This document shows positions 49,906 through 61,743 of a stretch of DNA of 64,000 nucleotides, piece after piece. This DNA is from Lepidodermella squamata (lineage: Eukaryota > Animalia > Gastrotricha). A program made the translations under genes and the position numbers. The notes under the pieces are model-generated. The model was not told the origin of the DNA, searched no databases, and saw only the letters and a program-made list of their open reading frames with translations. The stretch is taken from positions 3,038,001 through 3,102,000 of the forward strand of contig JBLDXI010000013.1 of the NCBI GenBank assembly GCA_047495785.1, given 5' to 3'. Every line of letters begins with the position of its first letter. Position 1 is the stretch's first letter.

Positions 49906-51580
49906 ATGGAGAGTTTGACGACTTTTATCCGTAGCAATGTTTATCGCCGTGTTATCGCGAATCAGCCGCTGCTGTCGTCGATCGTTGCCACCGTTGACGT
50001 TAAGCAGTTTTGTGATCTTGCTCGTTCCGCAGTTACGCTCGAGCTTCGAACTTACGGCCAGCTAATTTATGTTCTTAGTACTATTTACAGCCTGAAAGTC
50101 AGCAGGCTGTTTCATGATGCTAATGACTCCCTTTGCATTTTGCAGGTTGATATTGTTAAGCGCGTCGAGACTATCGATACCAACACCTACGTGTCGAAAG
50201 CTCTCGAGCAGCTGGGGTGCCGCTTGCCATCCTGTGATGTGCCCATTATTCGTTCGGTAATTATATACCCAAGATTGTTATTTTTGTTTTTTTCAACTAT
50301 GATGTTGCTTTCAGCTATGCGATGTGGTCTACTTGGAGTCAGCTTCGCACCAGCTTGAGCTGCCTTGTGCCCCGTTGATCGGTACTAATTGCAACTTTGA
50401 TGTGGATTCTGAACCCATCGTTGACGATGGCTTTGGACTCTTGGTTAACGGAGACATCGATTCAACCATCCCGATCTTTGATCTGTTAACTCAGGAGATG
50501 AAAGAAGAGCATGCGTCGTACTTGACTTTGAAAGACGTGCCTGAATGGGATGATCGTGCTGCTATTTTCGATACCGCAAAGCACCTCAACTCCGCCACGA
50601 CGCTGGAGTATGAAGAGAAGGAATTCGACTTCTGGTTTGCCCCACTCTTCAGTCGCTCAATAGCTTTGGATCGCATTGGTGGCCTAAGAAGTGATCACAT
50701 TATCCCAGCTGACGTTCTCATCAGAAGGCCTGCTATCGAAGTTTCTTCTCGTTTAAGGACTAACATTTTCAGCATTCTAGGTTGGGATTTTCATTAATTC
50801 GTTAGCGTTATCTACTATATTTGTTTAGATACTTTACCATTCACGAATATCTTGGATGATTCGTCTGCCTACCCTGACTGCGAAGGTTGGTTTTATAATT
50901 ATTTGGTCTCACTTCTTATCGATATTTATTTTTATATACAGCGATTCATGGTCTTGCATATTCCAAGGAAGTTCGGCTGATAAATTACCCCCGTAAGTAT
51001 TTACAACGACTAATTTTTGAATTGAAAATATCGGTATTCATTTATAGATCGAGACGGATGCGATATCATTCCGACAACTCAGTTTTCGATAAGCCGCCTT
51101 CAGCAGCCTGCTTTGCAGCCGGAACAGATTGACGAAGAAATACCGATATCGCGAGTTCCTCTTGACCGTCTGTCAGCACCAAAGCGAAAAGCAACCTCGA
51201 TTTTGGACAAATACACCCCGATCGCCAAGAAGAGTCTCATGTGTTGTGTTGAATCATCATCAGCCGATGCCCAATCTGAAGAAATTAGTGTAGGTGCGGT
51301 AGATGTTGTATTAGATAGCTCATCTCAGCCTATTCATTTAATTAGCTCTTCAATTTTAAGTTTTGTCGATGACAACGATCGCTTTTGTCAAAATCAGCTC
51401 AGCGTTTTGTGTAGAAATCAGGATGTTTGCTTCAGTCACGTTGTAGAAAATTTAGACCGTAAGGACGTTTCTAAAGCTTTTTTTGGCCTGTTGTTGGCTG
51501 TAAAAAATGATAAAATTAATATAACCACTGTTGCTAATGGTGATCTCATGTTGACTGGTCGTGGCAATATTCAGCAGTAG
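49906..51580 (+). CDS. Rad21/Rec8-family alpha-kleisin (cohesin subunit), 485 aa, exons 49906-50256, 50315-50780, 50829-50885, 50942-50992, 51048-51580
   Basis: N-terminal LELRTYGQLIYVLSTIYSLKVSRLFHDAND ~ RAD21 [30 protein letters not shown]; C-terminal winged helix LDRKDVSKAFFGLLLAVKNDKINI ~ [24 protein letters not shown]; all four GT-AG introns keep frame. Confidence 0.85.
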
Positions 51581-51831
51581 TGATTATACTGCATTTCTTT
51601 TTCTAATTATTCTCTATGTTCGAAACAGCCGAAAAAGTCTGAACTGATTTTTGTAATAATTATGTATAATAATGAATGATCTTATTCGCAAAGTAGAATT
51701 GAATTGATCCCCAAATGGCTTGCTGCAATTTCGATATCTTTAATTTTTCTCAAACTTTGGTATATTTTCATGATCGATTGAAAAAGCGCGGTTGAAATAA
51801 AAGAAGGCGTTATTATATCTCTGTTTTATTG

Positions 51832-52443
51832 CTATGGAAATTCAATGGCCGGAATTTTGCTTTGAGTACAGTTAGGTAGAATCGCTATGCGAAAACGTGC
51901 CAGTGGCGGCGAAAGGTAGCTGCTTCTCATATCGTCTTTAATTTCTTGCCACCACGTTTGCGCGGCATCGTCCGGTGCCAGCAGTGGCGTGATTTCGCCA
52001 GGTGAGAGTGGAGGCAGTGTGTTGGCGATGAGCGGCGATAAATCGCACAGCCCTGAAAATTAATGCGATGAATATGGCTGAAAATATAATAAACTTGAAT
52101 TTACCAATAATTTTATCCGCCTCGAACGTTTCTGCCATCAATGCTTGTTTTCGCAAGAAGTCGCGTTCGCTTATTGTCCGCGCTGAGTAGTTGCATCCCG
52201 TTGGCAAGTATGCTACCGCGCCACACTGATCTGCATTTTTATTCATATATTTATAACAGCCTTAAAAATTCACCAAAAATTACCTTGCGATTTGACGGAC
52301 TGAATTAGCGCAGTTTTGGCTTGTTTGCGGCGCCGATCGCGCTCACGAACTTTCTCTATTTCGTCAGGAGTCCTATTTGCGCGTATCAACCGCATTTGTT
52401 CGCGATGTTGAGCCAGTTGCTCTGCATTTCTGCGCCTGCCCAT
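51832..52443 (-). CDS. Cargo gene 2: 168-aa protein with basic helical (STPR-like) N-terminus, exons 52443-52284, 52230-52105, 52052-51832
   Basis: MGRRRNAEQLAQHREQMRLIRANRTPDEIEKVRERDRRRKQAK...; two ~53-nt GT-AG introns keep frame. Confidence 0.6.
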
Positions 52444-53264
52444 TTTTTGCTACTTTTCAGTTATGCGGTTTAGGCGTATTTAATTTTTTTCATCCTCTTC
52501 CCACTTGCTTCAATTCGTAATAATATTAGCGCCTATCCACTCGAATGCGCGCGCGCAGCGCATTGAAAGGTGTGCGATTGTTCGATCGTATGCCATTCTT
52601 CTGCGCGCGTATTGAATTCTTTTATTCTCAAATATTGACACCTTTCCGTGGTCATTCCGTGGTCATTCCGTGGTCGGAAGGGTCGAAATTCAGGTTGTAT
52701 AGCGCACCTGTTGGTGCCTAGAAGGTGCCTGGTAAAGCTATATATGCGTGCGCGCGCTCCAAGCAGTAACGCGCCCGCCGCCCGGCGTTTATTAAGGCGG
52801 CGTGAATTCACGGTGTGTCTCTCTGATGTACGATCGGTCGAAATAGCGATCTCAATCTTCCATGTGTTCGCGGCATCGGTCGGTTTGAGTGACATATATC
52901 AAAAATTCGCGAAATATTTTACTTTGGCCCAGTTACAACTCTACACAACAGTTACACTTATTATAAGACTTATCATATATTGCGCTCTCCACCTTAAAAA
53001 TCTTTTTACTTAAGGCGGAAAGTGCGCCTATTCCGCGGCTTGGTGCTATTATTATAATAATTATTGCGGCATTAGTTTTTTCTCATCCAAGCGTTTCTAT
53101 ATTCTACGCATTGATCCAGCTGCGCGCTCATTAATTGCTCATTTTGTTTGGGCATCAGTTAGCCACCTTAATTTGTTCGATATTTCTGTATATATCTACC
53201 TATTTAATACTATTGAATATTTTTGATCCTTAGTTTTGTCATTAACTAATTATACACCTTAATT

Positions 53265-53855
53265 ATGGCCTATTGTTTGCGAGAGCGCGCAACTTTGAAG
53301 AAGCCTGTGATTTATGGCTCTGCCGTGACTGAATTTCGGCGCGTCGACGATTACTTAAAGAAACAGCAACAAGTGCGGCTAGTACGCGTCCTTGAACTCA
53401 AGCTGTTCGATCCTTTAGCTGTTTTTGATCGCCGAAAAGAAATGCTATTTCTGGCTAACCAAGTGGCTCTAGCACTCGAAACCCAGCTTAATCGCGATGC
53501 AGCTAAGCCAATGCTGAATCAGCTCAAGGTCGTAGCCCGTCATTGCGTTTTTCCCGTAGGTAAGTTGGCTCAGCTGGAAATTTTTAAAAGGTGGGTAAAC
53601 AGTGACTAATATGTGATATCGAGTAAAATGTTTGAATTTTGTAGCGAGAAAAAGCGCTACATTCAACTATCGGCCGAACATCTCTCCGAAATTTTCAGCC
53701 GTTTCGACTTTGCCGTTTCGCTGTTTGCCGTGAAAAGAAACACTAGAACTAGCCTTGTAAATAACGTCTCGTTTTCTATGAAAAAACCTATTATTGAAAA
53801 CTCGCCGCAAGCCATTTGCAAGGCTATAATTCGTATAAATTCAGTTCGATTCTAA
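53265..53855 (+). CDS. Cargo gene 3: ~178-aa basic protein of unknown function, exons 53265-53590, 53645-53855
   Basis: In-frame 54-nt intron; N-terminus MAYCLRERATLKKPVIY. The 3' end could splice differently. Confidence 0.55.
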
Positions 53856-53896
53856 AATCTGTTTTTTATTTATTTTAGAACCTCATTTTATTTAAC

Positions 53897-54334
53897 ATGT
53901 CATCAACAAGTCATAAGCGCCCCTGTCGTAAGGTAGATATCATGGAGCGAAAAGTTAAGGCTACTCCCAGTACCCCGAAACAACGGCGACAACCCCGAAT
54001 CGTGGCTGATCGTCAGAAGACGACGCCAAGCAAAACCGCTGAAGAGGTAATTTTAGTCTAATTTCATTTTTGTTATTTGGCTCTATGTTATATTATATTT
54101 TAGCATCCTGATAATCGTATCCACCCTACAACACCTACAACCGACGAGGAGGTGGCGGCCTATTTCGATCTCGAGCCTCGCGTGCTTATGAGCAATCGAT
54201 ACCGACTTTACCCCGATCACGATCGCAACAGCAGTGCTGCCAAGCAGGAACGCCGGATCTTATTTCGGCTCTTTTGTTCGAGGCTGGGCAAAATACAACC
54301 AGCGCCGAAACCTAAGCGCTTGTTCAAGAAGTGA
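53897..54334 (+). CDS. Cargo gene 4: 126-aa Lys/Arg-rich protein, exons 53897-54046, 54104-54334
   Basis: In-frame 57-nt intron; several S/T-P sites and NLS-like PKPKRLFKK. Confidence 0.55.
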
Positions 54335-55552
54335 TACATTTAATTGTCCGATTTTCTCGTTGCTTTTTGTCTAATGAATGATGGCTGCTTCAACGCAATA
54401 TTGTACAATCGCAATTTTTAACACGTAATAAAACACACGCATGGCATGCTTTTTATTTGTTTCCTGTTTATTTATTACCGAATGGCAAATTAGTGAAGAT
54501 TTTTAGCTCGGAAGATCGAACAATACCATTAATAGGTCGGTGCAGAGATAACAGAACGGCTTAGAAAGAGCTGAGTTTCAATGAGAGGATGCTATTTTAT
54601 AGCAAATCAGGAGATAATTCCAATTAGGAGCTCATAAATATTATTAAGGTGGCTTTGTATACATTATCGGCGTAAAACTTTGAAATTATCGAATAATATC
54701 ACAAAAAATATTGAGATAGCTGAAAACGAAAGTCGAGCTAAATTAATACGAATTCATCGAAAATCGGAAAGCGTATATCAATGAAACCAGCCGATGATAA
54801 TAAAATAATGAATTCGCCATATTAATCAAGCACGAGATTTCGTTATAAAAAACGAACTCAGAGAAGAAAATATACATTATTAAACAATATCAAGGCGGTT
54901 TTATATGGCCATAAAACCGACATTCCACCGGATAGATTTTTCCAATAATATAATTATAATTTTTGAAATTATTTAAGGTGGAGAATTATCGAAATACCGG
55001 TAGGACTGGGTAAGACCCCAAATCATTAAGGCGGTTGACGTCTCAGAACGTGATAATTAAAATAGAATAAAACACACGCTTTTCAAACAGCTATTCGATG
55101 ATGATGAACTGATCACCGATGTCGGTTTGCACGGGTTAACAACATATGGAACGATCAATAGTCACGAAGAAAAGAGGAATTAATACATAGTGTTGATTGA
55201 AAAGCGGCGTAGTCAATTTTATACAAAATGAATATATGAAACCACAATTATTCCTATTTGAAAAACGTATTCTCAGAGACGTATCCTCTAATCAGTAATA
55301 CAAGCAATTATTAAGGCGGCGTTAAACAAATATATTGCCCATCGATTAGTGGGACTAGCTAAGACCACAAATAATTATCATTCAGTCAAGATTGAAAACA
55401 AGATTTTTTGCGAATTATAACTACAACGAGATCGCCATCGAAAAATGAAAGTAATGAACGAATACTCATTTTAGTCAACAAAACCATGCAAAACATCCAT
55501 TGAAAGACTCAGATTAATACTCAGAATATTAGTCGTATTGAAATAAGAAAAA

Positions 55553-58074
55553 TCAACAATCGCACGTGAAATCGAATGGCTCGAAGTCATTAGAATCGCT
55601 GAAGTTGACAGCTGATGTAACTACAGTTGGCTGAGATTCGATGTAAGCATTATTCGCACCAATATCCGAGGCCAAACGGACATTGCACAATTCCATAATC
55701 TGCTGACTCTCATGACCGCCTATAAGACAGACTTGATGCGCAAGCTGTTCTTTCCCGATCTTGTGCAGGATTTCGACATTTTCACCCGAAATGGCGGCAA
55801 GATAGGTTCCAGCGAGGCGAAGACGTTCAAGTCTATCCCAAGTGTGGAATTGAAAGATATGAAGGTAGGGGGTATAGCATCCCGAAAGCCGACGGACGAG
55901 GTTCGCGAAAGCGTGAAAATCTGCGTCGGAATCGGGAATCGGAATAGACTGATCTTTACAGCGAATTAGAGCGAATAGCTTTTTGTAGAGCTTCTTGGCT
56001 TCAGCGAACTGGACCAACTTGGCCTGAATCGGGGACCCTTCGACCAAAAAGCCGTGGTCAACGGCTGCGCTAGCAAGCTCCTTGCGAGTGAGAGACTTGG
56101 CGGAAATCTGCTTTTGCGCGAGGAAGTCGCTAAATGGTTTCGAGCCGCGATGCTGCTTCAGGACGTAATCGACTTCCCAACCACCCCTGCAGACCGACAT
56201 CGGCGACCACAGTTCGTCAGCATCGAATAGCAGCTTGAAAAGCGTGTGGTGATTCATGTTGCTGATTTTCACCTCGCTCTTTTCAAAGCTGACAACTGCC
56301 TTTCGGTCGTAACTTTGGACGAGTTGGGAGATGCGTAGCTCATAATCCACCACGGACTCCTTCATAAACAGAAAAAACTATAAAAAAAAAATAAAATATA
56401 TTAAGAGCAATGAGAATAGATATGACGATCTTACCGCTCGAAGAACAAGGAACGCGATACGCAAGGCACAGTGAAGAGAGCACCAGTAAATGTCGTCAGC
56501 GTCGATTTTAACGAGGCTGGAAGGCAGATCGCGCTTCGGCTTGCGATCGTTTTCGTCGATGAGAACATTCAAAGGCTTTGCGTCGTCAACAAAATTGAAG
56601 ACGCAACATGGGCAGCCAAGCGCGTCGGTGTGGCTAGTTCCAACCAGCTTGCCAATAGCCGGTAGATCAGCGCAAATGGAACTATATTTAAAGAATATTG
56701 AAATAAATGACTTCTGGAAAAAGCCTGAGGCAACTTACAGTGTAACATCTAATTTGACACCATCATCAAGTGTGAGGCCTGTAACTTTCAGCTCGTTAAA
56801 ATCATCGAATACTGGCAATAAATATTCCAGGTTTTCTCGCGATTCCTTGCCGAAAAACACGCCCGCAGTGTATTCGGTTACAGTTGAGACGGCGACTTTC
56901 TGATGAAAAAAGCCGTAATTGAGTCGGTAATGAGGAAATTTGCCCGTCCGGAAAATCGTACCATCGCCTAGAAAAGAAATAAAAATTAAATATTGGAAAT
57001 TTCAGTTTAAAATGTATTTGCCTTGAATACGGATGTTGACAGTTGGAGCCATGGGCTTCGGAACGATTCCATTGCGAAAAAGGTAAGGTATCTGACGACT
57101 AGGAAGCACGAAAGCAGCACTGGTCACGTCTTTACCCTCTGGAACGACAACAACCTGGATGGGCAGGATGTTTGCTAGGATTTTCTTTTCTTGTTCGAAT
57201 TCGCGCTGAGTTATTTGATATGTTGAGGTTTTTAGTATTTTAAACACCGTCCTCATGGACCAATACTTCGTGGAGTAATCTCGCACGAGACTAGATTAAA
57301 ACAAGTCATCAGTTGCTACTAATTGCTAGCAATAGTTTAAACCTTACCTTCTAAGGGCTGTTTTCCTAGCCTCATCGTCACCAACCCAAATTTTCTTTGC
57401 AGCAACACCATGGCTAAAGTTCACCTAGACAACGAGTGAGGTGTAGATGAATTCTGAGCGATAATTAAAAAAAACTAACTTGTACAGACAGGGAGGTGAC
57501 AGGATAGAAACTACCGAAGCTCGATAGTCTCCCGAACAGCGCATTCAAGGGCTTGATTAGCTGCCCTTTGTGCCGATCGCATCGTTTTTGGCGACTCAAT
57601 AAAGCTAATGGATTTTGTTCCTTGACGTTGAGGGCCAATCCTTGAGGTACAAAAGTCTTAAAAATGTCCCTCTCACGGCGACATTCGTCAAGATTGCTCT
57701 TGGTAGCAGCAAGTTGAGCTTCTGAGAATCAATTATTAGGGAAATTCTGGCATAATAGATAAAATGCTCACCTAATGAACGGATTGTTTTGTAGTCTTCC
57801 AAAGCTTTCCCTTCTAGCAATCGCTTGGGGACGGTTTTAGCCGGTGTTAGCCCAATAGGAGGAGCAGCTTCTGCGCCTAACGACCGCTTGGGGGCGATTC
57901 TAGACGGTGTGACTGCAGTCAAAACTGAACTAGCAGAGTTTGCTAATACCAGTAAGAAATAAAATTGTAAATTGCAACTATTTTTTTATCGATGGCAAGA
58001 ATACCGATATACGGCGACAATACAGCTTTCGGAGTAGAGACAATAGACAAAACCAAAGGCGAAAGAGGCAACAT
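55553..58074 (-). CDS. RAG1/Transib/Chapaev-like DDE transposase, ~702 aa, 8 exons (58074-58013, 57929-57772, 57721-57480, 57424-57348, 57290-57022, 56967-56739, 56681-56435, 56377-55553)
   Basis: IRIQGDGT (Asp codon 56963-56965; RAG1 SCDGM), FGKESRENL (RAG1 LADESDHETL), ICADLPAIGKLVG..CPCC (Asp codon 56666-56668 plus Zn CxxC), CSLHCALRI, TPYLHIFQFH and SGENVEILHK (Glu codon 55772-55774; RAG1 ASEGNESGNK). Frame intact assuming one GC-AG intron; N-terminus uncertain. Confidence 0.85.
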
Positions 58075-58538
58075 AGGAGATCTCCGAATCGCAGAGGCAC
58101 CATTGAGGACTGAAAAATAATATAGGAAGGAGACTCACAGTTTTTTTTCAAAGAAATCGAAGGAAACCTCCAAGAACACGAGGGGTACTTGCATCGTCAG
58201 TAGTTGCAGTTGGAAGCATTAACTTCTTCAACAAACCTGCTGACCCAAGACTGTGATTTGACATCAAGTAAAAATCTAGAGATACATTTAAAAAGTTGAA
58301 ACAAAGAGGTAAATACATCATGCCCGCTTGAAATGCATCATGTATGGTTCTGTGATTAACTTTGATCTGTGATTAATTTGTAACACCTATAAGCAACCAT
58401 CCGATAAGAAAATGCTTCATGGCAGAACTAACTCTGAACTGGCGAAACTAGCGTAACAGCAGGGCGAGGTATATCAACATAATTTACCCTTAAGCAAAGC
58501 GAAAGCAATGCTATCAGCAGTCACAATACAGGGATATT

Positions 58539-58781
58539 CAGATTGGCGCGAATAACGACGTCAAGTGGTTAGAAGCAGCTGCCGCTTTAGGGAAAACCGC
58601 ATCCGAGCCCCCTAGCAACGTTGAACGTTGAAGGGGTTGCTATTTAATATTTTCATTGTATTCCGATTAACAATATTATTATTTAATATAATATATTTAA
58701 TAAACAATTAAAAATAAACGTGACAGTCGTTGCGGATTTTCGGCTTGCAATATGGGCACCGATGACGCTGCCGACAGCATG
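58539..58781 (-). repeat. Right terminal inverted repeat (243 bp)
   Basis: Reverse complement of 49349-49593, ending gccgacagcatg. Confidence 0.95.
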
Positions 58782-59706
58782 ATTATCACCTTGCAAAGGA
58801 AACTTACCGAAATCATTCCGGAACTTCAATCCTACTATATTTTCAAATAAAATGAAGTGGCTTCACTAAGTAGCTATGTGCTGCTATAATTTGAGTAACG
58901 GCGCCACATTCATATAGATGATATGCTTTGAAATGTCACCTGAGCTTTGCCTGAGCCCTGAGCTTTTGAGTGCTGTCCATTCTAGGCTCAATTTGCAGTG
59001 TTCCAAGTGTTCAAAAATGGGGCTTGTTCGGTTTTCCCATCAAACCGAACTACTTGTCTACCAAATTCGCTATCATTTATGGGTTTATCTGTACATTTTT
59101 AACAGTAAAATGCGTGATCAGAAGAACGAACATCTTGAGCAGGCCTTGCCAACCTAGTCAGCTAAACGTTCTTAGTGGAATTTACTGGAACGAAAATATG
59201 TTGGGAAGAAAAATTCATTGCCGATACGTTGATGATGATGACAGAAGTAATAAAATATTCAGATATCGAAATAACTTGCTGGAAAAACATCAACGATTAT
59301 TCAACTGATGTGTGGACGGCGAAATCTATCGGGTAGCGGCTGAAATCGATCACTTCGTCTGGAAGAACTTCGTTTGCGAGTCAGACAGCAGAAATTCTGA
59401 TATTCATGAAAAAATACACGAAAATCGGATGCCAGGAGTCATAATTTCGCTGCTTCCTTAGCTCCGTCTATGCACATGGCTGGCTAATAAATTATTAAGG
59501 CTATAGATACAGGATAACTTGTGTTGGCAACACCAACGAATATTCAGTTCGGGCGAGCGGCACGGTTGCGTTTATAGCTGTTTAAATCCGTCATAACAGA
59601 TCTAGGCATCCGCGAAATGCATTCAATGTCTACAGTCAATGTCACGATTTACACTATCCATAGCTCATAACCAAGAATCTCAGATTTGAACAAATAAAAC
59701 GCAAAA

Positions 59707-61743
59707 ATGAGATCAGCATTTCGCTTACTGCTGGCGCTGTTTCCGTTGATAAACGCTGTGCATGCGTCTAGCGAGTATTTTATGCCAGCAAATTGCGGTC
59801 AGGATTACCGATTGGCAGCCTCCGATTCGTTCCAACAAATTGCGAACATTGACGTCCCAAGATGCGCTGACCTGTGTGACAGAACTGCTAATAATATGTG
59901 TCGATCATTCGCGTTTTACCCAGCTAATGCAACCCAGACATCTCTTTGCTGGCTGTACTATGGTCATGCTAACGAGCTGTGGGACGGCATGGAATATCAA
60001 CCAGGGTGGAACTACTACCATTTGGTGATCTGAAAAAGTTTACGCCCGCCTATTGTTAATTCAGTGTTTTTCTTATCAGCGGCGAAACGGCGACCCTCTA
60101 CCCTGCAAAGCCAACACGTATCATGGTTGATTTCGGATTCTCAATGACAATTTTTCTTCAATCCAAGCATTGAATGTCCATAGATTGCACAACGGTAGTC
60201 AAGTTAGGTCGCGGACCTGGAACCTACACTTTCCAAGTCGACGTTGGAGGAAAGCCATTCACAACTGAATGCACTTACAGAAAACCAGACAACCTGGTTA
60301 ATTTACGTTCCGGGTAAATAACCTAAAGTGCAGATTGACGTTTTGTCAATTCATTCTATTTTAAAGCACACTCATGGGTACTTCAGATTGTGAGTATAAA
60401 CGGATGGTCTTTGATAATGATATGAGATAAATTAATTTGCCTGATTTAGTGTCCATGGTTTTCTTCAACCGCATGGGTGAGTTTGAACAACCAACTTTAA
60501 TAATAAATAGCCTACCTTCCGTTTTTATAGCAATCCAAGACATGGATTTCTCGAAAATGCAATGGCAGGACTACAAATGGGGTAAGCGATGAGTTTTCGC
60601 TGCTACATATTGATAATTTGTCCATCTCCGAGGATTTGCGTCGAAAATCAATTCGACCAAGTGGATTGGTCTTGAATTCGCAAGCGGTTTGACGTCAGGA
60701 GGTACAGCTAATTATTTTCTTCTCACCACCAAGCCAAATACCTTGAAAATTACCCAGATTTCGCCCTGTCGGTAGCTACCTCACAAACCTGGTGCATTCA
60801 ATTGCAGCGAATCGGATCGATAACCCAACTCGTTTTGAAGAATGAGGCAAGTGTGGCGAACTGTACCGTGTTTACGCATCGGCAGGGCCGGTTGATGGTT
60901 GTAGGAAGGTCGACTTGCGTCTGCAAGGATCCGACAAGTGACCGTCTCATTCTCTGCGGCTGCAATACTCCTGATATCAAAAAAGTATTCATAATGCCTG
61001 GAATCCAGCTTCAATAAAATGTTTAACATGGTTCGCAATCCGTGTATTACAGTTCCGATTCGACAGTGGAAGCTCAGCTATTATCGAAACATCCGAGCCG
61101 CCAATGAGCAAAGAGACTTTGTATTGGACTTATACCGGATCATTGGCCACAAACTTGGCGCTTCAAGCTCAGCCTCCAGCTACATCTTCCTTCACAACCT
61201 GGGCCAAAAACACAAGTGATGGAATTTTTGCTTAAAATAGCTGTTTTTACTTTATACCTTTCTTAGATCGATGGTCGTTAGCGTTTTTCGTGAAAACAAC
61301 CTCCATATACCAAACCATATCATATCGGGGAGCCGCCATCGGCAACGAAGCAAATGGATACAAAATCTGCATTACGACATATGGCTCGGTGCATTTTTAT
61401 TTTTGTGTTTTGACTGTGATTAGTCTAATTGTCTTTATAGGTTTCAACTTGCGGAGGGAGTATTAATAGTGGCGATTTTAATTACAATATCAACTTCATC
61501 ACGTCAGACAATCCCAATGGTTCCATCTTATACGGAGGGGCAGGTTGGGTTGTAAGTGCGTTTATCATTGCTGGCAGTGCAAGCTCACACAGCCTAACAG
61601 CAACAAAGTATTATTATGCGATTATTATGCCCTTGAAGCCGCTGTATAAGCTTGACATATTTTACCGCAGTGCTACTGCTTTTCGATACAGGGTGGGCGA
61701 GCCAGCGACAGAAGCCATAGTTTTGCTCTACGCTATGCCCTGA
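59707..61743 (+). CDS. Secreted PAN/apple + fibrinogen-related-domain-like protein, copy 2
   Basis: Colinear paralogue of 47294-49310 with highly similar exons and more diverged introns; ends LLYAMP*. Confidence 0.7.

Larger units (their letters stand above)
49349..58781. mobile_element. 9.4-kb cut-and-paste DNA transposon (RAG1/Transib/Chapaev-type transposase) carrying four cargo genes
   Basis: TIRs 49349-49593 and 58539-58781 differ by one substitution and one 2-bp indel; both ends read CATG. Inserted ~40 bp after the stop of PAN-FReD copy 1 and absent from the paralogous position in copy 2. Confidence 0.92.

Noticed and set aside
52261-52283. 23-nt micro-intron in cargo gene 2
   Set aside because: An alternative in-frame acceptor at 52231 gives a 53-nt intron, matching the window's typical size.
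51832-52443. Helitron origin of the STPR-like cargo gene
   Set aside because: No Rep or helicase motifs and no Helitron termini are visible; the similarity is only compositional.
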